Shown here: piece after piece, positions 56,999 to 64,000 of the stretch
How the letters are laid out: each line of letters opens with the position of its first letter
Position numbering within the stretch: position 1 is the stretch's first letter
DNA from: a bacterium
GTDB lineage: Bacteria; Bacillota; Clostridia; Lachnospirales; Lachnospiraceae
DNA: 64,000 nt
Assembly: GCA_030524675.1 (NCBI GenBank)
Contig: JAUNGE010000004.1
Coordinates: 29,369 to 93,368, forward strand
Direction: 5' to 3'
Notes under the pieces: model-generated
Databases searched by the model: none
Told to the model about the DNA's origin: nothing
What the model saw: the letters and a program-made list of their open reading frames with translations, nothing else
Program-made: the position numbers and the translations under genes

Positions 56999-57910
56999 TT
57001 ACTTCACAAAACTAAACTTCAGTTTTCCACTCTTCTTTCCATTCGGTTCCACGAAAAGCAGTCCAGACTCCTTCTGATATCCCTTTTGATACAGGTTAAA
57101 ACAGTCTGTAGAACAAGTCTGGTTTTCCACGCAGAAGAAATGATTTTTCGGAGTGAACACAACCACATGCGTGAAGTCCTTTGTCGCGTCAATCTCCACC
57201 GTAAACGCATCATAATACAGGCGAATGGGTTCCTTCTCATGATAATCTGTATAAACATGGTCCAAATCGAGAGATTCCACGGAAACCGGTTTTCTCAACT
57301 CCACACCCGTCTCCTCCATCGGAATCAGTTTTCCGGTAGGAATCTTTTCCTCCGTCATCTCCATGTAGGAATCCACCGGAACAGAAATCTTTACATCCTG
57401 TCCATTTTTTGTGAAAAACGGATGAATGGCAATGCCATACGGAAGTTCTTTTTCACTCTCCTTATTTTCCACCTCATATTCCCAGTTTAACACATTTTTG
57501 CGGATGGAAACGCGGATGCGTAAAACACTGTGAAATGGAAACATGAAAAATTCTTCCTGGCTCTCATCCCAGCGCAGGCTGCCCTCCAAAACCGCCTCAT
57601 TTTCCAGACAGAGCTCCTTCGTCACAGCAAACGGCAGGCGGCGCACCACGCCGTGCATTCTAGCGTCATATGCATCCTCGCCGATGTGGATTTTCAGACC
57701 ATCGCTGCGGTTCGGAGTTGGATAGAGAACCGGAACCCCATATGTTACTCCATTCTCAAATCGCGTATCGTCCCAAGCGATAATCTGCTGCCCCTCAAAC
57801 GCAATGCCATATACATTCATGCCATCCTCCGGACACACCCACGCCTCCATCTGCTCTCCAATCAATTTATAAATCTCTTTTCCCTTAAACTCACTTTTCT
57901 CGATTTTCAT
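56999..57910 (-). CDS. aldose 1-epimerase family protein
   Basis: Start moved to MKIEKSEFKGKEIYKL (ATG 57910) after AAAGGAGA. The upstream part of the 408-aa ORF runs through a repeat and the neighbouring gene. Confidence 0.75.
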   Translation of the reverse strand: MKIEKSEFKGKEIYKLIGEQMEAWVCPEDGMNVYGIAFEGQQIIAWDDTRFENGVTYGVPVLYPTPNRSDGLKIHIGEDAYDARMHGVVRRLPFAVTKELCLENEAVLEGSLRWDESQEEFFMFPFHSVLRIRVSIRKNVLNWEYEVENKESEKELPYGIAIHPFFTKNGQDVKISVPVDSYMEMTEEKIPTGKLIPMEETGVELRKPVSVESLDLDHVYTDYHEKEPIRLYYDAFTVEIDATKDFTHVVVFTPKNHFFCVENQTCSTDCFNLYQKGYQKESGLLFVEPNGKKSGKLKFSFVK

Positions 57911-59148
57911 GTATATTGTCTCCTTTGCAGTTTCCTTTCTTTCCATGATGTTGGGGTCAAAAATCCTCTTGCAAGCAAGCTTGCATCGGATTTCTGACCT
58001 TTTGACCCTGGTATCACCATATATTTCAGAATCGTCGCAAATGCCACCCGATACCCCATCTTCAGAGAATCTTTCCACACATACTCCTCTCGCGTGTGCG
58101 CACCATCTCCATAATATGTCCCATAGCATACGCTTGGGATACCAAGGGAAAGCGGGATATTGCAGTCTGTGGAACCAGAGTGGGCTCCCATCTGCTTTCC
58201 CGTGACTGCTTCCAAAAGCTGACATGCCTGCACGCTCAATGCCTCCTGTTTCTCTTCATCCACGCCGTTTCCGCAGGGACGCTCTCCCACCAGGATGACT
58301 TCAAGCTCCTCTCCCGCCGCTCTGTGAGCCTCAAAAATTCGCTCGAACTCCTCTTCCATCGCCTGCATGCCGCGGATATCGTCGGACCGATATTCACACA
58401 GCATATGTGCTTCCTGCGCGATTGTGTTGACCGAAGTTCCGCCCGCAATCGTTCCGACATTGTAGGTGGTCTTTCCATACGGCGGAACCGTGATTTTATA
58501 AATATCCGAAATCACGCCAGCCAGCAATGCAATCGCGTTGGTATTTCCAAAACGTGCATAGGAATGGCCGCCCTGCGCCCTCATCACAACCTCAAACCGT
58601 CTGGAACCGACTGCCCGATTTACGATTCCATTCATCGTTCCGTCCAGGCTGATGAACTGTTTGATTCTGCCCTTATAGTCCTCACAGATTTTCCTGGAAC
58701 CTTTCAGGTTTCCGAGTCCTTCCTCGCAGGAATTGCACACCAGCAAAAGTCCCCAGTCCTGTGACACCAGATGATTCTTCGCAATATATTTCGCACACAG
58801 CAAAAGCGCTGTCAGATTTGCCGTATCATCCCCAACGCCTGGGCAGTAAAGCTTTCCATCTTCCTCTTTCATCGGAAGCTCTGCCATATCCGGAAATACC
58901 ACATCCATATGTGCCATCACAACGGCAATCGGCTTCTCTTTCGTCACTCCGACCGGATACACCACATTTAAGACACTGTCTGTGTAGACGCCTTCTGCAC
59001 CGCACTGTACCAGAAAATCCCTGCAAAATTCCATGCGCTTTTCCTCTTTGCCCGACGGCGCCGGTATCTTTGCCAATGTCTTTAAGAGTTCATATGCCTC
59101 CTCCTCATGCTCTCTGATATATTGTTCCACCTGCTGTTCCAGTATCAT
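57907..59148 (-). CDS. M20-family metallopeptidase (ArgE/DapE/PepT-like) with a repeat-encoded C-terminal tail
   Basis: 413 aa with VMAHMDVV, PGVGDDTANL and CEEGLGNL. The last 36 codons (after ...ATILKYM) are read from repeat copy D and the former spacer. The stop overlaps the next gene's ATG (ATGA). Confidence 0.8.
   Translation of the reverse strand: MILEQQVEQYIREHEEEAYELLKTLAKIPAPSGKEEKRMEFCRDFLVQCGAEGVYTDSVLNVVYPVGVTKEKPIAVVMAHMDVVFPDMAELPMKEEDGKLYCPGVGDDTANLTALLLCAKYIAKNHLVSQDWGLLLVCNSCEEGLGNLKGSRKICEDYKGRIKQFISLDGTMNGIVNRAVGSRRFEVVMRAQGGHSYARFGNTNAIALLAGVISDIYKITVPPYGKTTYNVGTIAGGTSVNTIAQEAHMLCEYRSDDIRGMQAMEEEFERIFEAHRAAGEELEVILVGERPCGNGVDEEKQEALSVQACQLLEAVTGKQMGAHSGSTDCNIPLSLGIPSVCYGTYYGDGAHTREEYVWKDSLKMGYRVAFATILKYMVIPGSKGQKSDASLLARGFLTPTSWKERKLQRRQYT
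57947..58016. repeat. MITE-like repeat, copy D (70 bp, internal deletion keeping both ends)
   Basis: GATGTTGGGGTCAAAA is joined directly to ATCCTCTTGCAAGCAAGCTTGCATCGGATTTCTGACCTTTTGACCCTGGTATCA. The junction falls in the direct repeat GTCAAAA present at both sites of the full element. Confidence 0.8.
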
Positions 59149-59231
59149 CGCTTGTCTGTTCCCTCCTGTTTCTGCCTGTCTTTATGCTATTTGGATTTTG
59201 TTTCTATTTGGCTTTATTCTATTGATTTCTT

Positions 59232-60737
59232 TTATTCTTCCTCATCCTTTGCCCAGTTGAGAGAATAGCTCACTGCCTTTTTCCAGCCTTTTAGCAGTTT
59301 CTTTCTCTTTGCGTCCTCCATCTCTGGATAGAATGTCCTCGCAAGCTGCCAGTTCTCTCTGACATCCTCTCTGCTGTCCCAGTATCCAACTGCCATTCCG
59401 GCCAGGTACGCAGCCCCAAGTGCCGTCGTCTCAATGCAGACTGGCCTGTCCACCTTGGCATGCAAAATATCCGACTGGAACTGCATCAAAAAATCATTCG
59501 CGCTCGCTCCGCCGTCCACTTTCAATGTCTTCATGGCAATGCCCGAATCCTGTTCCATCGCTTCCACAATATCCGAGACCTGATATGCCAGAGATTCCAC
59601 CGTCGCACGAATCAGATGGTTTCTTCCAGCGCCTCTCGTAAGGCCCACAATCGTTCCTCTCGCGTACTGGTCCCACCAAGGCGCTCCAAGTCCGGTAAAT
59701 GCTGGAACGACATACACACCTGCTGTATCTTCCACTGCGCGGCACGCCTTTTCTGACTCCGCCGCCGTCTCCAAAAGGTGCATCTCATCTCTGAGCCACT
59801 GAATTGCCGCTCCCGCTACAAACACACTTCCCTCCAGCGCATACTCCACATGCCCAAATGGAGACGCCGCAATCGTGGTAATCAGCCCATGTTTCGAGTG
59901 AATCGCTTCGCGCCCCGTATTCATCAGCAAAAAGCATCCCGTTCCATATGTATTTTTCATCTCTCCAGGCTCAAAACAGCACTGTCCGAACAATGCCGCC
60001 TGCTGGTCCCCCGCCGCACCGGCAATCGGAATACCGCCGCCCAGCACTTCGGGCGCCGTATCTCCATACACCCAGCTGCTCGGCTTTACCTCCGGCAGTA
60101 TGCAGCGCGGAATATCAAAATAATCCAGAATCTCCTGGTCCCAGCATAATTTATGGATGTCAAACAACATCGTTCTTGACGCATTGGTGTAATCTGTCAC
60201 ATGGACGCGCCCCTTTGTGAGATTCCAGATCAGCCAGGTATCCACCGTCCCAAACAGCAATTCTCCGTTTTTGGCACGCTCCCGCGCGCCCTCCACATGG
60301 TCGAGAATCCACTTGATTTTTGTCGCAGAAAAATACGCATCCGGAATCAATCCTGTTTTTTGCTGTACCCTCTCGCTCAGGCCATCTTCTATCAGCTTGT
60401 CAATCATGTCCGATGTTCTGCGGCACTGCCAGACAATCGCATTGTAGATAGGTTCCCCCGTCTCCTTGTCCCAGATAATCGTAGTCTCTCTCTGGTTTGT
60501 GATGCCGATTGCCGCAATATCGCTTCCTGAGACCCCAATCTGCCCCATCGCCTCCGCCATCACAGCAAGCTGCGAGGACCAGATATGTCTCGGATTGTGC
60601 TCCACCCAGCCTGGTTTCGGATAAATCTGTTCAAATTCTTTCTGTGCCACACTGCAAATATTTCCTTTTCTGTCAAACAGAATACAGCGCGAGCTTGTCG
60701 TCCCCTGATCCAATGCAATGACATAGTTCTGACTCAT
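59232..60737 (-). CDS. glpK: glycerol kinase
   Basis: 501 aa with [22 protein letters not shown] and the FGGY-kinase C-terminal region. Confidence 0.95.
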   Translation of the reverse strand: MSQNYVIALDQGTTSSRCILFDRKGNICSVAQKEFEQIYPKPGWVEHNPRHIWSSQLAVMAEAMGQIGVSGSDIAAIGITNQRETTIIWDKETGEPIYNAIVWQCRRTSDMIDKLIEDGLSERVQQKTGLIPDAYFSATKIKWILDHVEGARERAKNGELLFGTVDTWLIWNLTKGRVHVTDYTNASRTMLFDIHKLCWDQEILDYFDIPRCILPEVKPSSWVYGDTAPEVLGGGIPIAGAAGDQQAALFGQCCFEPGEMKNTYGTGCFLLMNTGREAIHSKHGLITTIAASPFGHVEYALEGSVFVAGAAIQWLRDEMHLLETAAESEKACRAVEDTAGVYVVPAFTGLGAPWWDQYARGTIVGLTRGAGRNHLIRATVESLAYQVSDIVEAMEQDSGIAMKTLKVDGGASANDFLMQFQSDILHAKVDRPVCIETTALGAAYLAGMAVGYWDSREDVRENWQLARTFYPEMEDAKRKKLLKGWKKAVSYSLNWAKDEEE

Positions 60738-61111
60738 AAAACACCTTCCCTCTTCTCCACTGTTTTTGTGGCAATGATATCCACCCCTGTCTCTGCCACA
60801 TTCTCAAGAATCACATCCCCACAGTGCACTGGCACCGGTACACTGACTCCTCGCAGCGCTCTCATGCACGCTTGAATCTGGCTCTTCGGGACGTCCTCTC
60901 TTGTCTTGACAGACACCATCGCCAGTTCTCCTCCTGTCACCTTCACTGTACTTGTCACAATTCTGGTCGGATTCACGCACTCTTTTCTGGCATAGGTATC
61001 GCCGCGCTTACATGTATTTCCTGAGACAGATATCACCTCACCCTGATTCATCTGCACCGTGAGAGCACATCCTAAAGGGCATCCAATGCAAATCAATTCT
61101 CTTTGTTCCAT
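60734..61111 (-). CDS. DUF1667 domain protein (small Cys-rich partner of clostridial glycerol-3-phosphate dehydrogenases)
   Basis: 125 aa with [14 protein letters not shown]...GNTCKRG. Overlaps the glpK start by 4 nt. Confidence 0.75.
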   Translation of the reverse strand: MEQRELICIGCPLGCALTVQMNQGEVISVSGNTCKRGDTYARKECVNPTRIVTSTVKVTGGELAMVSVKTREDVPKSQIQACMRALRGVSVPVPVHCGDVILENVAETGVDIIATKTVEKREGVL

Positions 61112-61142
61112 TCCGCATCTCCTCTATCTTATTCCTTTTCTC

Positions 61143-61200
61143 GCTTTTCCTTCACGTTTTTACTTTTCCTTCACATTTTTGCTTTTTCTTTACGTTTTCG
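61143..61200. repeat. three tandem 19-20-nt repeats in an intra-operon spacer (purine-rich in the mRNA sense)
   Basis: Plus-strand units: GCTTTTCCTTCACGTTTTTA, CTTTTCCTTCACATTTTTG, CTTTTTCTTTACGTTTTCG. The mRNA sense repeats AAAAAYGTGAAGGAAAAG. Confidence 0.7.
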
Positions 61201-61227
61201 CGTCTTCTTCCATTTTCTTTTCCGTTT

Positions 61228-62532
61228 TTAATCCCCGATAGAAAAAGTAATGTTCTTCACATCCTCCGCCTGCATCAAATCCTTTTTCAGCAAAACCACA
61301 GACTCCATCTCGCCAGGCGCCATGACCCGCTTCGGAATCCGCCTGACCAGTCTATCATCATAATATACATGAATGGCCTTGTCCTTATACACATCTGCCA
61401 CACGGAAACGCACTGTCAGCTTATCCCCCATCTGCACCAGATGAATTCGCTTCGGAACCGTGTAGCGCACCCCATCTGTGGCATGCAGCAGGATACTTTC
61501 TGCATTTTCCATTTCTGTATTTTCTTTTTCCAGAGTCTCTTTTGCGGTATCTTGCGCGCACATCTTCCGCACATAGGCCGCGGCGCGGCTTCCCGCCAAT
61601 GCCGCCTCCTCGCTCACATAATCCACCAGGTCATGCACATGCAGCACATTTCCACACGCAAACACCCCCGCAAGGTTCGTGGACAGGCTCTCATCCACCT
61701 GCGGCCCCTGTGTTGCCGCCTCCATCCAAATCCCCGCCTGCACAGAAAGCTCATTCTCTGGAATCAGACCTACCGATAAGAGCAGCGTATCACAGGAAAT
61801 AAATTCTTCTGTACCTGGAATGGGCCTTCTTCTCTCATCCACCTGCGCCAGCGTGACTCCCGTCACTCGCTCTTTTCCGTGAATCTCAATCACTGTGTGG
61901 GACAATTTTAATGGAATTCCATAGTCATCCAGACACTGCACAATGTTTCGCTTCAGACCGCCGGAGTATGGCATCAGCTCTGCCACAACTTTGACGTTTG
62001 CCCCTTCCAGAGTCATACGTCTAGCCATAATCAGCCCGATATCACCGGACCCTAAAATCACGACTTCTTTTCCTGGCATAAATCCTTCCATATTGACAAG
62101 GCGCTGCGCCGTTCCTGCAGAATAGATGCCCGCTGGACGGGTTCCTGGAATATTTAGCGCCCCTCTCGGTCTCTCCCTGCATCCCATCGCCAAAATCACG
62201 GCATCCGCCTGTATCACAAACACACCTTTTTCCCGATTCATCGCCGTAATCTGCCTGTCCGGCGACAGAGAAAGTACCATCGTATTCAGCCACGCTTCCA
62301 CATCATATGCCTTTGCTTCCTGAATAAAGCGCTCCGCATATTCCGGCCCTGTGAGCTCCTCGTGAAACGTGTGCAGGCCAAATCCATTGTGAATACACTG
62401 GTTTAAAATTCCGCCGAGTCTGACGTCCCGTTCCAAAATCAAAACATCGTCCACTCCGGCCTTTTTCGCCGCAATCGCTGCCGCAAGTCCCGCCGGCCCG
62501 CCTCCAATAATCACAATTTTTCTATTTTCCAT
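61228..62532 (-). CDS. NAD(P)/FAD-dependent pyridine-nucleotide-disulfide-type oxidoreductase (second subunit of the glycerol-3-phosphate dehydrogenase module)
   Basis: 434 aa with dinucleotide folds IVIIGGGPAGLAAA and VVILGSGDIGL. Confidence 0.75.
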   Translation of the reverse strand: MENRKIVIIGGGPAGLAAAIAAKKAGVDDVLILERDVRLGGILNQCIHNGFGLHTFHEELTGPEYAERFIQEAKAYDVEAWLNTMVLSLSPDRQITAMNREKGVFVIQADAVILAMGCRERPRGALNIPGTRPAGIYSAGTAQRLVNMEGFMPGKEVVILGSGDIGLIMARRMTLEGANVKVVAELMPYSGGLKRNIVQCLDDYGIPLKLSHTVIEIHGKERVTGVTLAQVDERRRPIPGTEEFISCDTLLLSVGLIPENELSVQAGIWMEAATQGPQVDESLSTNLAGVFACGNVLHVHDLVDYVSEEAALAGSRAAAYVRKMCAQDTAKETLEKENTEMENAESILLHATDGVRYTVPKRIHLVQMGDKLTVRFRVADVYKDKAIHVYYDDRLVRRIPKRVMAPGEMESVVLLKKDLMQAEDVKNITFSIGD

Positions 62533-62586
62533 ATATGTATGTCTCCATTCTCATTCCCGAATCTTCCATTCCTGAACTTGTGATTC

Positions 62587-64000
62587 TCAACTTTCCTTCG
62601 GATAACCTACCAGAAGTTCTGACCCTTCGTGATTTTTGCAGATGTTCAGTGCCTGCATGGAGAGCTCTCTTTCCAGAATTTCCATCGTCCGCGGTGTGCA
62701 AAATCCCGCCTGGCAGCGGCCCATTCCAGCTCTCGTTCTGCGTTTCACGCCATCCAGAGTCTTGGCGCCCACTGGCCTGTGAACAGCGTCCACAATCTCG
62801 CCCTCTGTGATGGTCTCACAGCGGCAGACAACATTGCCATATGCCGGATTTTTCTGTATCAGCTGATTCTGTTCCTCCATGGACAGTTCTGCGAGGCGCA
62901 CAATGCCGCGGCGCCTGCCGCAAAAATCTGTTTTTTTCTCCGCTTCCAGCTTACTGCCAATCTGCTCTGCCAGCCATTTTCCAATCGCCGACGCACTGGT
63001 TAATCCAGGGGACTCGATTCCTGCCGCATCAAAAAATCCTGGTGCATCCGCCGCCTCTCCAATGATAAAATCATCACCCTTTTCGTGCGCGCGCAGTCCA
63101 GAGAAAGAAGTAATCACCATATTTCTTGGAATCTGTTTCACACTCAGTCCTGCCTTTGCCGCCACTTCTGCCAGACCATCCGCTGTGGTTGCCGTATCCT
63201 CTTTATCCAAAATATCCTCCGCAGTCGGCCCAATCATCAGGTTTCCATGCACCGTCGGCGTCACCAAAACCCCTTTTCCGAGCGCGGTCGGAAGCTGAAA
63301 TACGGTATGCTTTACCAGATTTCCCGCTTTTTTATCCAGCAGGCAGTACTGTCCACGGCGCGGTGTAATAGAAATTTTTTCTTCGCTCACCATATTGTGG
63401 AATACATCGCTGTAGATACCCGCTGCATTGACTACGATTTTCGCCTCAAACGTCCCTTGATTCGTCTCAATGTGGTATCCCTCCTGATTTTCCAGCGGCA
63501 CTATGGATGTCACCTCTGTCTGGAAATGAAACTCTGCGCCGTTTGTCGCAGCATTCTCCGCCATCGCGATTGTAAGGCCAAATGGACACACGATACCTCC
63601 TGTCGGGGCATACAGAAGCGCTGTCACATTGTCCGAAATCTCCGGCTCAATCTCACGCATTTCTTCTCCACGCACAATGCGAAGTCCCTCCACGCCGTTC
63701 TCGATTCCCTTCTGGTACAGTTCCTCCAATTTTCCCAAATCACGCTCATCAAAACACAACACAACCGAACCGTTCTGCTTAAAATCAAAATCCAGCTCTT
63801 CCGCCAACTTCGGCATCATGCGGTTTCCCTCCACATTCAGCTTTGCCTTGACACTGCCTGGCGCCGCATCAAATCCCGCATGGACAATTCCGCTGTTCGC
63901 CTTGGATGTGCCAGAACACACATCCTCTTCCTTCTCCAGCACGCCGATGTCCAGGCGATAGCGCGACAATTCTCTCGCGACCGAACAGCCAATCACACCT
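62587..64000 (-). CDS. FAD-dependent glycerol-3-phosphate dehydrogenase/oxidase-type protein with a BFD-like [2Fe-2S] domain; 5' end outside window
   Basis: The frame is open to the window edge (..VIGCSVARELS..). The C-terminal region CRCETITEGEIVDAV...GMGRCQAGFC is BFD-like. Confidence 0.8.
   Translation of the reverse strand, partial: GVIGCSVARELSRYRLDIGVLEKEEDVCSGTSKANSGIVHAGFDAAPGSVKAKLNVEGNRMMPKLAEELDFDFKQNGSVVLCFDERDLGKLEELYQKGIENGVEGLRIVRGEEMREIEPEISDNVTALLYAPTGGIVCPFGLTIAMAENAATNGAEFHFQTEVTSIVPLENQEGYHIETNQGTFEAKIVVNAAGIYSDVFHNMVSEEKISITPRRGQYCLLDKKAGNLVKHTVFQLPTALGKGVLVTPTVHGNLMIGPTAEDILDKEDTATTADGLAEVAAKAGLSVKQIPRNMVITSFSGLRAHEKGDDFIIGEAADAPGFFDAAGIESPGLTSASAIGKWLAEQIGSKLEAEKKTDFCGRRRGIVRLAELSMEEQNQLIQKNPAYGNVVCRCETITEGEIVDAVHRPVGAKTLDGVKRRTRAGMGRCQAGFCTPRTMEILERELSMQALNICKNHEGSELLVGYPKES

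Noticed and set aside
57911-58225. N-terminal 105-codon extension of the aldose-epimerase ORF; similar extensions exist at 17276-17347, 19210-19344, 24439-24528, 49167-49223 and 52433-52558
   Set aside because: In each case an internal ATG with a strong AGGAGG-type ribosome-binding site begins the recognisable domain or signal peptide. The extension overlaps a neighbouring gene or repeat DNA.
61143-61200. Tandem repeats at 61143-61200 and 47603-47674 as a CRISPR array
   Set aside because: The units are 18-20 nt and directly abutting with no spacers, there are only 3-4 copies, and no cas genes are in the window.

Overview
This is a 64-kb chromosomal stretch from a roughly 50% GC Firmicute. 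The gene content looks Lachnospiraceae/Clostridia-like, but that is inference only. About 49 protein genes are packed closely, almost all on the minus strand; a short plus-strand block lies at 53.7-56.8 kb. In coordinate order the window holds: an Opp/Dpp-type peptide ABC operon; a glycan-utilisation locus (two GH42 beta-galactosidases, an uncharacterised 859-aa enzyme, a split cache-sensor/AraC regulator, an LplABC-type sugar ABC importer); a lone 1631-aa exonuclease-RecQ-UvrD fusion protein; ABC-F, malQ, a HAD hydrolase, pyrC, an Fe-S aldo/keto reductase and an EamA transporter; a cellobiose-type PTS locus with a LicR-like regulator, a DUF871 enzyme, its own HPr paralog and a GrdB-N-terminal-like protein; an amino-acid ABC operon with an M20D amidohydrolase; a mannitol-dehydrogenase-family enzyme; a cell-wall-binding-repeat protein; xpt, a lipoprotein trigger-factor homolog, an M18 aminopeptidase, dtd and an S1-domain protein; PHP phosphatase, LysR, PerR and reverse rubrerythrin; aldose epimerase and an M20 peptidase; and a glpK/anaerobic glycerol-3-phosphate dehydrogenase operon. 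I saw no rRNA, tRNA, CRISPR array, transposase, integrase or prophage genes. The least ordinary content is non-coding. A structured MITE-like repeat family of about 210 bp has four copies in one orientation, compensatory stem changes between copies, and one copy that rewrites a gene's 3' end. There is also a second family of about 160-bp long hairpins, and the two families share modules. A GC-rich 18-bp palindrome recurs in three 5' leaders. All product calls rest on reading the translated ORFs for motifs; no database search was possible.
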